Positions 36,773 to 45,674 of a stretch of 64,000 nucleotides of DNA are shown piece by piece (positions within the stretch are counted from its first letter, which is position 1; the number at the start of each line of letters is the position of its first letter). Under the pieces are notes generated by a model. That model was not told the DNA's origin. It saw only the letters and a list, made by a program, of their open reading frames with translations, and made no database searches. The translations under genes were made by a program, and so were the position numbers. Source of the DNA: Actinomycetota bacterium (GTDB lineage Bacteria; Actinomycetota; Acidimicrobiia; Acidimicrobiales; Acidimicrobilacustridaceae); NCBI GenBank assembly GCA_009700115.1, contig WLMU01000001.1, positions 4,364-68,363 of the forward strand. The letters run 5' to 3'.

Positions 36773-37801
36773 ATGGGTTTCGACCTAGGGTTGTCCAGCG
36801 ATCAGGAGGCAATCCGCGACCTGTTCGTCGGGTTCTTCACGCGTGAGGCTGGTCCCGCAGTAGTCAGGGCCGCCGAGCCACTCGGCTTTGATCGTCGGCT
36901 TTGGGAGAAATGTTGTGAACTCGGTGCTCCCGGTATGGGAGTGGCTGAGGTCTACGGCGGCGGTGGTGCGAGTCTCTCGGACCTTGTGGTGCTTGCCGAG
37001 TCCTTTGGGGCGGCGATTGCTCCGATTCCCCTTCTCGACCATGTCGTTGCCGCCCAATTTCTCCCCGATCCGGATGTCGTATCAGGTGCTGCTATCGCCG
37101 CAGTCGCCCTCTCTCCGACTGATTCTGAGGGTGTCTGGCATCTTGTTCCTTCTGGAGCAGTAGCGGATGTGGTCATAGGTATTGATGGCGACGAACTCGT
37201 TGCGGTGCGTTCACGTGCGCCGGGAGTCGCCCCGAGAAATCATGGAGCGCAACCCATCGCCGACAGGTCCGCTCGCGTTGGCGACCGAAAGGTTCTGGGG
37301 TCGGCTGGAGAGATGAGTCGCGCTCTTGACATCTGGCGGACGCTGACCTCGGCGGCGCTTGTCGGCATCGCCGATCGTGCGCTCGCCATGGGCGTGGCCT
37401 ATGTAATGGAGCGATCACAGTTCGGCGTGCCGATCGGGTCGTTCCAATCGGTACAGCACGGCCTCGCTGATCTCCCGGTACTCGTTGATGGGGGGCGAAT
37501 GCTTTGCCACAAAGCGGCGTGGGCTGCGGGTCTGGAAACCCAAGGCTTCATCGATGTCGATGCGAACGAGTACACGGACTTCTCCCTCCTTGCCTCTATG
37601 GCCTTCATCTTCACCGGCGACGCCGCCGCTGCGGCCACGGACCGGAGCCTCCATTTTCACGGGGGCTATGGCTTTGCCGCGGAATACGACATTCAGCTCT
37701 ATTACCGACGCGCACGCGGTTGGCGCCTTATCGCCGGGGATCCGCGTCATGAACAACTCGAACTGGCTGACCGGCTGTTCGGTCGAGCCCAAGGAAACTG
37801 A
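36773..37801 (+). CDS. Acyl-CoA dehydrogenase (beta-type subunit)
   Basis: RSQFGVPIGSFQSVQH, HGGYGF, QLYYRRA. Confidence 0.85.
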   Translation: MGFDLGLSSDQEAIRDLFVGFFTREAGPAVVRAAEPLGFDRRLWEKCCELGAPGMGVAEVYGGGGASLSDLVVLAESFGAAIAPIPLLDHVVAAQFLPDPDVVSGAAIAAVALSPTDSEGVWHLVPSGAVADVVIGIDGDELVAVRSRAPGVAPRNHGAQPIADRSARVGDRKVLGSAGEMSRALDIWRTLTSAALVGIADRALAMGVAYVMERSQFGVPIGSFQSVQHGLADLPVLVDGGRMLCHKAAWAAGLETQGFIDVDANEYTDFSLLASMAFIFTGDAAAAATDRSLHFHGGYGFAAEYDIQLYYRRARGWRLIAGDPRHEQLELADRLFGRAQGN

Positions 37802-37806
37802 TCGCC

Positions 37807-38949
37807 GTGGATTTCACACTTTCGAATGACGTTGTCGAGTTCCGGGCTGCCATCCGGTCGATTATTGCTGAGACTGTCACTCCCGAAGTTGTCGATGAGA
37901 TGCATCGCTCGGGCACCTTCGATCTGCCGGCGTTGAACCTGGCGCTTGGAGCGGCTGGCTACATCGAGCGTGCGGTGCCCGGATTAGGCAAGGGCGACCC
38001 TGTCGAACTCTGGGTCCTGTTCAACGAACTGGAAAAAGCCGGGGCCCCGTTCGATGGGCTGGCGATCAACATCATGATTGCGGGCGTTGTCGTTGCGGTG
38101 GGCACCGATGAGCAGAAGGCACGGATTCTTCCTTCCATCATCTCGGGCGAGGCTGGTGTGTGCATGGGCTACAGCGAACCGGATCACGGTTCGGATGTCG
38201 CTTCCATCACCACTCGTGCGGTTCGCGACGGCGATGAGTGGATGATCAACGGCGCCAAGATGTGGACGACGATGGCCCACAAGGCCACGTGGCTGATCCT
38301 GCTCACGCGTACGAACACGGAAGTACCGAAGCACAAGGGACTGACGATGTTCATCATGCCGATGGATACTCCCGGCATCACTGTTGAACCGGTACACACG
38401 ATGGCGACGGAACGAACGAACGCGACCTGGTACGACGATGTGCGGGTCGGCGACGACGCCGTTCTGGGTGAAGTCAACTCCGGGTGGAGGACCATGACTG
38501 TTGCGCTCGCATTCGAGCGGGGCGTCATGGGTGGAACCAACGCAGGAGTTCCACTGCTGCGACATTTCCGCTTATGGGCCGACAAGGTTGGTCTCAGCGC
38601 GGATCCGTTCGTGCGCTATCAGATGGCCCGCACAGCAATCGATATGCAGGTCGCAACTCTCTTGACTCAACGATCCGCATGGATCGCGGGCAGCGGCGGG
38701 CTTCCCGGTCTCGAAGGATCGATGACGAAGTTGTTCGCAACCGAGGCCTATCAACGGTCGGTTCGGGCGTTTCAGGAGATGGCTGGTTCCTCCGGACTCC
38801 TACAGTTTCATGAACCGGGAGCAGCTGCCGACGGGTTCATTGACTACGACGCACGTCATGCGCCCGTCACTACGATTTACGGCGGGACAAGTGAGATCCA
38901 AAGAAACAACATCGCCGAGCGGCACTTGCGGCTGCCGAAGGCTCGGTAA
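37807..38949 (+). CDS. Acyl-CoA dehydrogenase (alpha-type subunit)
   Basis: GYSEPDHGSD, INGAKMWT, LAFERG, TIYGGTSEIQRN. Confidence 0.9.
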   Translation: MDFTLSNDVVEFRAAIRSIIAETVTPEVVDEMHRSGTFDLPALNLALGAAGYIERAVPGLGKGDPVELWVLFNELEKAGAPFDGLAINIMIAGVVVAVGTDEQKARILPSIISGEAGVCMGYSEPDHGSDVASITTRAVRDGDEWMINGAKMWTTMAHKATWLILLTRTNTEVPKHKGLTMFIMPMDTPGITVEPVHTMATERTNATWYDDVRVGDDAVLGEVNSGWRTMTVALAFERGVMGGTNAGVPLLRHFRLWADKVGLSADPFVRYQMARTAIDMQVATLLTQRSAWIAGSGGLPGLEGSMTKLFATEAYQRSVRAFQEMAGSSGLLQFHEPGAAADGFIDYDARHAPVTTIYGGTSEIQRNNIAERHLRLPKAR

Positions 38950-38990
38950 TTTCGCTGATCACTGTGTCTCGGCCAATGTCGAGAACCTGA

Positions 38991-39923
38991 TCAGTGCTGG
39001 GTGGTTTCGGAGTCTGACGTTGCGTGGCTTCGAATAACTTCTTCCCCGAAACTGGAAATGAAATCGATGGCCTCAGGGAGCGTTTCGCCTTGACCATTGA
39101 CGATGAGCCAGGTGACACCGATGGATTCAGCTTCCTGGATCCATTCCACGGCCCGCTTCGGCTCTGACGGAGCGTCGCGGTTGCTATGGCCGATGTCTAT
39201 TGGTTCGGTGCGGCCGATGGCCTCAGCTTTCGAGCGAACATCCTCAATGAGGATGCGGAGGTCATCAAGGTTCTCAAGTGGCGGCGTTCGGTGCACTGAT
39301 CCGGGGATGCGTTTTTGGGGCATCGGCAACCATCCCTGCGCGCGTTCGACGACGCGGCGCCGCGTGAGGGCACTATTACCTCCGATCCATAGCGGGGGAC
39401 CGGGAACCTGGCTTGGCCTCGGCTGCATGACGGTGCCCCTGGCTGAGAAGTGTCGACCCTCATGGGTGATGGGTTGGCCAGTCCATGCCTGCGACAGGAT
39501 GCTCATTGATTCGTCGAAGAGAGCGTTTCTCTCGTCGAAGTCGATACCAAGCGCGACGAACTCGCTCTTCAGGTAGCCGGTGCCGACGCCAAGGATGAGG
39601 CGACCATCACTCATCAGGTCGAGAGTCGCCGCAGCCTTCGCCAGAAGAAACGGGTTTCGGTACGGCAGAACTGCAAGATACGTCAGCAGTTTGATTCGCT
39701 CCGTTGCGGCCGCGACGCCAGCGAGTCCGACAAACGGATCAAGAGCGTCATGTCCACCGGGGCTTTCTCTCCAACGGTCACTCGGTGCCGGGTGCTCATC
39801 AAGCGATACGGCATCAAAACCAAATGCCTCAGCGGCACGGGCGAGCTCCCGGTGCGCGGCTCCGCTCAGGAGCGAGGCGTTCGGTGGATACCAGCGGCCG
39901 GGAAAGTAATACGCGAACTTCAT
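38991..39923 (-). CDS. LLM class F420-dependent oxidoreductase
   Basis: DPFVGLA, VLPYRNPFLLAKAAATLD, GVGTGYLKSEF, WIGGNS. Confidence 0.9.
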   Translation of the reverse strand: MKFAYYFPGRWYPPNASLLSGAAHRELARAAEAFGFDAVSLDEHPAPSDRWRESPGGHDALDPFVGLAGVAAATERIKLLTYLAVLPYRNPFLLAKAAATLDLMSDGRLILGVGTGYLKSEFVALGIDFDERNALFDESMSILSQAWTGQPITHEGRHFSARGTVMQPRPSQVPGPPLWIGGNSALTRRRVVERAQGWLPMPQKRIPGSVHRTPPLENLDDLRILIEDVRSKAEAIGRTEPIDIGHSNRDAPSEPKRAVEWIQEAESIGVTWLIVNGQGETLPEAIDFISSFGEEVIRSHATSDSETTQH

Positions 39924-40435
39924 CGTTCCTCGATGTCGTTTTCAGGTGGGCGCAGCGCGACTGGGGGGAGACCGAGGCGCAGGAGATCAGCTGCCGACGG
40001 ATCAGAAAGGTTCCTAGACTCGCGCTGGGAGATAATCCAAGTGTCGGAATCGCGGACGAGGTGCCAGCGGTTCACCGATTGCCTCCAAACGCTAATTTCA
40101 CCTTCATCTCGGGTGAATGTCGTTGCATATCCGATGGCCCGAGCGGTGTCGCCGACCACTTCAACATCGAACGGTCCCATGACGTGCGCACAACCCGGAA
40201 GGATCGCCTGGTGCTCCGTCCCGAGGACCATTTCGTGGATACCGCGGGCGCCGTCGATGATGACGCTGCTGTCGATGACGGTTCGAGAGTCCGTGCTGTA
40301 GAGCGCTGCGGTGCCCGCGGCATCACCAGAGTCGACCCCGAAGCCATAGGCCACGAGTACTGATCGAATATCGGCCTCGTCCTCGAGCACTCGCAGGCGC
40401 CTCTCGAGAGCGGCAATTCTGTCATCGCTCAACAC
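39920..40435 (-). CDS. NTF2/SnoaL-like protein (SnoaL_4 type)
   Basis: RLRVLEDEADIR..YGFGVD, AHVM, W.I..R pattern. Start is approximate. Confidence 0.75.
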   Translation of the reverse strand: MLSDDRIAALERRLRVLEDEADIRSVLVAYGFGVDSGDAAGTAALYSTDSRTVIDSSVIIDGARGIHEMVLGTEHQAILPGCAHVMGPFDVEVVGDTARAIGYATTFTRDEGEISVWRQSVNRWHLVRDSDTWIISQRESRNLSDPSAADLLRLGLPPVALRPPENDIEER

Positions 40436-40675
40436 ACACTCTCCTTGACGCTCCCATTCCCCGGGAGCATTCAAAGATGTCTAGCCGAAACGTTTCGATG
40501 AGGTTGTTGAAAATGTAGGACGGGTGACTTTTGGGGAGCGACAGGCGTGGACGGCATTTTTGCCTACGGTGGATTCGGTTTTCTCTTCAACACAGCAAAC
40601 GGTGCACTCCTTGGTTTGGCGTTGTTAAGTTTCCTCAGCGGCCCGAACATTCGTTAGGTGGGCCCAGGAGGAATC

Positions 40676-42625
40676 ATGGCGACATCAGATCTGTACGCAG
40701 GCAATCCGCATGTAGGGCTTCTCATCACCGATGACGACGCGACGATTGAAGCGATGCTCGCTGATGTGAGCATCCCGACTCTGGTGTTGTCGATGGTTCA
40801 CATGACCGGGGACGCATCGTGGATCCGGGGACCGATTCGTCCGCTCGGTCTGTTCCTCAACGAAATCCAGGGCTACCTGCCCGAGGACCAAAAGGCCGAG
40901 ATCCGAGCACGCGCACTCGATGTCATTCGTTCTTATCGCGACAGCGGTTGTGTTCTGCCGCCACCGCCCGATGAAGCACTGCTGCGCGAAATGATGGCCT
41001 GGCTTGTCTGCGAGGAAGTCCCTGCTGAGTACGTGCCGATGATGTTGGAAGATATGGAACTCGACGGAACCGATCAGCGCAGTGTCGTGAGTCATTCATC
41101 GGCTGAAGCTCGAGCAGCATTGCCAGTCGTGGTGATCGGAGCGGGGGAGTCAGGTGTGCTTGCCGGCATTCGCCTCAAGCAGGCTGGTATTCCCTTCACC
41201 GTCATTGAAAAGAACGCGGGGGTCGGTGGGACTTGGTACGAAAACTCCTATCCGGGATGTCGCGTCGACGTAGGCAATCACTTCTATTGCTATTCATTCG
41301 AACCGTCTGACCATTGGACTGAATACTTCGCCAAGCAGCCAGAGATTCGGGCCTATTTCGAAGAAGTCACAAACCGCCATGATCTGTGGTCGCAGATTCG
41401 TTTCTCGACCGAAGTCGTGCGTGCAACTTGGGATGACGATGGGGGTCTTTGGCATGTCGTGGTGCGCACGAGCGATGGTCGCGAGGAAGTTCTTGATGCT
41501 CGCGCTGTCGTCACAGCGGTTGGACAGTTGAATCGTCCGAAGATTCCCGATATCCCGGGCATCGAAACATTCGCAGGAGCGTCATTTCATTCTGCACGCT
41601 GGGATCACTCCATCGATTACGCAGGTAAACGAGTGATCATGATCGGAGCCGGCGCGAGCGGCTTTCAGATCGCGCCGACGATCGCGCCCGATGTTGCATC
41701 GCTTGTCGTGTTCCAGCGCACCGCTCAGTGGATGTTTCCGAATCCGAACTACCACGAGAAGGTTCCAGCCGGACTGACGTGGGCGATCCAGCACCTTCCG
41801 TTCTTCGGACGTTGGTATCGGTTCTTGTTGTTCTGGCCCGGTTGCGATGGCTCGCTGGCCAACGCCAAGATCGATCCCGATTGGCCGCATCAAGATCGCT
41901 CGATCAATGCCGCCAATGACATGGCTCGACAGATGTTCACCGATTGGATCACCGGCCAGGTGGGCGACGACGCAGAACTCCTAGCCAAAGTCATCCCGGA
42001 TTACCCGGCGACCGGCAAGCGCACGTTGCAGGACAATGGCTCGTGGTTGAACGCGTTAAAACGCGACAACGTTGAACTTGTACGAATCGCTATCGACCAC
42101 ATCGATGCGACAGGCGTCGTGACGGTTGATGGCCAGCGTTACGAGGCCGACATCATCGTGTTTGCGACAGGGTTCCAGATGAGCAAGGTGCTGTTCCCGA
42201 TGGAGTTCATTGGTCGCGACGGAGTGTCGCTCAACGAGTTTTGGAGCGATCGGCCCTCGGCCTACCTCGGCATCACCGTTCCGGGATTCCCGAATCTGTT
42301 CATGACCTACGGGCCAAGTACGCACTTGAATCACGGCGGAAGTCTGATCTTCCATTCCGAATGTCAGATGCGTTACATCAGTAAGTGTCTTGACGAACTG
42401 GCTCTCAGCGGCGCGAAGTCAATGGAACCAAAGCCCGAGCTTTACGAGGCGTACCACGCGAAGCAACAAGAGCTCATTAAGCAGATGGTGTGGTCACATC
42501 CTGGGATCACCCATACACATTTCCGCAACGACGCTGGAGAAATCCATACGGTGAGCCCGTTCCGGCTTGTTGATTACTGGTCGTGGACGCGCGAGATCAA
42601 TGTGGACGACTACGTGTTGTCGTAA
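40676..42625 (+). CDS. Baeyer-Villiger monooxygenase, 4-hydroxyacetophenone monooxygenase-like
   Basis: N-terminal extension, GAGESG, GGTWYENSYPGCRVD, FAGASFHSARWD, GAGASG. Confidence 0.9.
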   Translation: MATSDLYAGNPHVGLLITDDDATIEAMLADVSIPTLVLSMVHMTGDASWIRGPIRPLGLFLNEIQGYLPEDQKAEIRARALDVIRSYRDSGCVLPPPPDEALLREMMAWLVCEEVPAEYVPMMLEDMELDGTDQRSVVSHSSAEARAALPVVVIGAGESGVLAGIRLKQAGIPFTVIEKNAGVGGTWYENSYPGCRVDVGNHFYCYSFEPSDHWTEYFAKQPEIRAYFEEVTNRHDLWSQIRFSTEVVRATWDDDGGLWHVVVRTSDGREEVLDARAVVTAVGQLNRPKIPDIPGIETFAGASFHSARWDHSIDYAGKRVIMIGAGASGFQIAPTIAPDVASLVVFQRTAQWMFPNPNYHEKVPAGLTWAIQHLPFFGRWYRFLLFWPGCDGSLANAKIDPDWPHQDRSINAANDMARQMFTDWITGQVGDDAELLAKVIPDYPATGKRTLQDNGSWLNALKRDNVELVRIAIDHIDATGVVTVDGQRYEADIIVFATGFQMSKVLFPMEFIGRDGVSLNEFWSDRPSAYLGITVPGFPNLFMTYGPSTHLNHGGSLIFHSECQMRYISKCLDELALSGAKSMEPKPELYEAYHAKQQELIKQMVWSHPGITHTHFRNDAGEIHTVSPFRLVDYWSWTREINVDDYVLS

Positions 42626-42630
42626 GGAAC

Positions 42631-42663
42631 TGTTGGTTCGACTCTCATGGAGCCGAACCAACA
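42631..42663. terminator. Hairpin between convergent BVMO genes (possible bidirectional terminator)
   Basis: TGTTGGTTCG / CGAACCAACA perfect 10-bp inverted repeat. Confidence 0.6.
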
Positions 42664-42666
42664 AGA

Positions 42667-44544
42667 TCACTCGTAGACGATTGCCTCGGGGTCGGGGTAC
42701 GAGGTCATGCGGTAGTAGTCACAGGTTTCCCATGGAGCGTTGACCTGCATGCGTCCGTTCTGGACGTAGTAGTTCTTCTTGGCCGATGCCTCTTCGGTCA
42801 CCATGATGAGCTTCTGTGATTCCTCAACGAGTTTTTCGTTGTAGTCACGGAATGCTTCGTCGGTGACTTCGACGGTCTGCTTGCCTTGCTCGATGATTCC
42901 AATAAGGCAACGAGCGACAAAGCCCGCCCACATTTGGTACCAAGCAGGAAGAGCAACGCCACCCGAGACGGGCTGAGAGTTCGGGCCATAGAGCGTGAAC
43001 AGGTTCGGGAAACCGGGAACCATCATGCCGACATACGCCATGGGGGATTCTTGTTCCCACTTTTCGTGAAGATTCACGCCGTTACGGCCGAAGTACTCGG
43101 CGGGCCAGAGGTACTTCACGATGTCGTAACCGGTAGCGGAGATCACGACATCAAGATCGTGATGCACGCCGTCTGCCGTTTCCATGCCGGTATCGGTGAA
43201 TCGAACGATGTCTTCGGTGACGAGTTCCACGTTGTCGCGTGTGAGGGCTCGGTACCAACCGTTGTCGACGATTGGCCGACGAACCATAGGGGCATAGTCA
43301 GGAATCAGTTTGTCGATGAGGTCCTGACGACCGCCGGTTTCGGTCTTGATGTAGTCGAGAAGCATGTTGCGGACGAAGTCGCTCTTAGCGGTGATTTGGC
43401 CGCCAGTCTGTTCGTACTCCGCATCACGAATCAGGAAGTCCTTGTCGAAATCGAACAAGTGCATGATCGAGGTGATGCGGCACCAGTTCCAGTAGCCCGG
43501 CATCGTGTTGATAAGCCAGCGGGATTCGGGCTCAACATGCTGTCCGTACTTGTCGCGCGGGCTGATCCACTGTGGGGTGCGCTGGAACATGGTGACGTGC
43601 TTAGACATCTCGGTAACGCGGGCTAGCAGCTGCACGCCAGTTGAACCGTTGCCGATGACGGCGACGCGCTTGTCGCTCAGGTCGATGCCTTCGGGCCACT
43701 GTGTTGGATGAATGACCTGGCCACCAAAGTTCTCGATCCCCGGGAAATCGGGGAGACTTGGGTTGGCGAAGAGGCCGGCGGCACTGACAATTGCGTTGAC
43801 ATCGCGTGAGACGGTTGAACCATCGGTGAGACGGAACGTGACGCGCCACAATTTGGTGTCGTCATTGAAACGAGCTTCGATGAGGTCGTGGCCGTGCTTC
43901 ACGTGATCCATGACGCCGAACTTGTTGGCGATATGAGTCAGGTACGCACGCACCTCGGGACCGCGAGCGAAGTACTCGTCCCATTGATAGTCCTTCTCAA
44001 AGCTGAATTCGTAGGATGCGCTGAGCGTGTCGACGCGAATATCGGGGTAACGGTTGATGGCCCAGGTTCCACCGAGTTCTTCACGACGCTCGTAGACCGT
44101 GAAGTCGATCCCGAGTTGCTCAAGTTGGACGCCGGTAGCGATGCCGTTGAAGCCGCCACCGATGATCGCGACATGGAAACCTTCAGGGGCTTTGAGTTCG
44201 GGCGTCGGCCATTCGGCGAAGCCGGGGAAGTCGTCGAACGAAAGAACCATCTTGCGCAACTCAAAGTCGCCCGGTTCCGTTGGCTTGCCGAGAACCATGT
44301 CGAGCATGGAGTAAATCTCTTCATCAGATGGGGTGCGCAGCGACCAGGACGCAAGGTCGGTGGAGAGCAACTCGATGCATCGCTCGAGGAGACGTGAGCG
44401 ATCTTCGGGGCTGAGTTGTGCCACTGGGCCAAGTGCGGCAACTTCGGCGTCGCCACATGCCTGGAAGATGGCGACACGGAGGGCTGCGAGATCGGAATAC
44501 TCGACTGCTCGACGGATGTAGTCGGTATCGATGGTGTCAGCCAT
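42667..44544 (-). CDS. Baeyer-Villiger monooxygenase, HAPMO-like
   Basis: GGGFNG, GGTWAINRYPDIRVD, FGGQVIHPTQWP, GNGSTG. Confidence 0.9.
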   Translation of the reverse strand: MADTIDTDYIRRAVEYSDLAALRVAIFQACGDAEVAALGPVAQLSPEDRSRLLERCIELLSTDLASWSLRTPSDEEIYSMLDMVLGKPTEPGDFELRKMVLSFDDFPGFAEWPTPELKAPEGFHVAIIGGGFNGIATGVQLEQLGIDFTVYERREELGGTWAINRYPDIRVDTLSASYEFSFEKDYQWDEYFARGPEVRAYLTHIANKFGVMDHVKHGHDLIEARFNDDTKLWRVTFRLTDGSTVSRDVNAIVSAAGLFANPSLPDFPGIENFGGQVIHPTQWPEGIDLSDKRVAVIGNGSTGVQLLARVTEMSKHVTMFQRTPQWISPRDKYGQHVEPESRWLINTMPGYWNWCRITSIMHLFDFDKDFLIRDAEYEQTGGQITAKSDFVRNMLLDYIKTETGGRQDLIDKLIPDYAPMVRRPIVDNGWYRALTRDNVELVTEDIVRFTDTGMETADGVHHDLDVVISATGYDIVKYLWPAEYFGRNGVNLHEKWEQESPMAYVGMMVPGFPNLFTLYGPNSQPVSGGVALPAWYQMWAGFVARCLIGIIEQGKQTVEVTDEAFRDYNEKLVEESQKLIMVTEEASAKKNYYVQNGRMQVNAPWETCDYYRMTSYPDPEAIVYE

Positions 44545-44740
44545 GGAAGTTCCCCCTGCGAGATGCTGTGGCGACGAACTGTCGCGAGTAGTCAGATTGT
44601 CAGAAATAACGGGGCTCTGTCACACACGCCATCTCTCTAGGTCTCCCCAACCTCTGGTTTTCGCAATAGCGATGACGGCTTCATCGTTTTGGCATTACCG
44701 GTAGGGTTTGCGGATTGTTCGGGGGATAAGGGGAATCCAA

Positions 44741-45664
44741 ATGACGACATATCCGCGTGAAGAGATCGAAGCGGCGTTTGCCGAATTTCGCCGTCGTGGT
44801 GTCGAGACCCACGACTGGGCCGGGTGGGCGCAGTTGTTCACCGAAGACGCCCTCTACGAGGAACACAACCTTGGCGTTTTCAATGGTCGTGCTGCGATCG
44901 AGAAGTGGATCGTCGACTGCATGGCCGACTATCCGACAATGACCCTCTGGATCGATTGGTACATGATCGAGGGCAATCGGATCAGCTTCTATATCTGGAA
45001 CAACCTTCCCGACCCCACCGGGACCGGTCAGCGGTTCGGCTTCCCGAACACGACGATTCTTGAATACGCCGGCGACGGAAAGTTCAGTTTCGAAGGCGAC
45101 TATTACAACCCCGAAGATGCTGGTCGGGTGTTTGTCGACTGGATCCGCGCCGGTGGCACCCGTGAAACGCCGCAGGACCGATCACTTGAGGGCATTGATG
45201 GATGGGCGCCGACGCCTGTCGAGCCAGCATTTCCGCGTGAGGAGATCGAAGAAGAGTTCGAGAACTACCGCAAGCGCGGCGAGGTTGCCGTGGCAACTGG
45301 CGACTGGAATCAGTGGGCTGACCAGTTCACCGACGACGCTCACTATCGCGAACATCACTATGGCTATTTCAAGAGTCAGAAAGAAATCCGTGACTGGATC
45401 AATGGTGTGATGCAGCCATTTCCATCCATGGAATTTCCGGTTTCCTACAAGTTCATTGAAGGAAATCGAGTGAGCGCGCTCATTCCAAACATCCTGCCGC
45501 CGCCCGATGGCGACGATGGCTACTACGGCTTCGACGTCAACACGATTCTCCATTACGCCGGTAACGGAAAATGGAGTTACGAAGAGGACGTGTATTCACC
45601 TGCTGAAGCTGGCGAAGTGATTTCGCGTTGGATCGCTGCAGGCGGAGTTATTCCGAAGTCGTAG
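44741..45664 (+). CDS. Tandem two-domain SnoaL/NTF2-like protein
   Basis: Internal duplication of PREEIE...DW..WA..FT.DA.Y.EH...IEGNR...TIL.YAG.GK.S.E.D.Y.P. Confidence 0.8.
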   Translation: MTTYPREEIEAAFAEFRRRGVETHDWAGWAQLFTEDALYEEHNLGVFNGRAAIEKWIVDCMADYPTMTLWIDWYMIEGNRISFYIWNNLPDPTGTGQRFGFPNTTILEYAGDGKFSFEGDYYNPEDAGRVFVDWIRAGGTRETPQDRSLEGIDGWAPTPVEPAFPREEIEEEFENYRKRGEVAVATGDWNQWADQFTDDAHYREHHYGYFKSQKEIRDWINGVMQPFPSMEFPVSYKFIEGNRVSALIPNILPPPDGDDGYYGFDVNTILHYAGNGKWSYEEDVYSPAEAGEVISRWIAAGGVIPKS

Positions 45665-45674
45665 CGGTGCTCAG

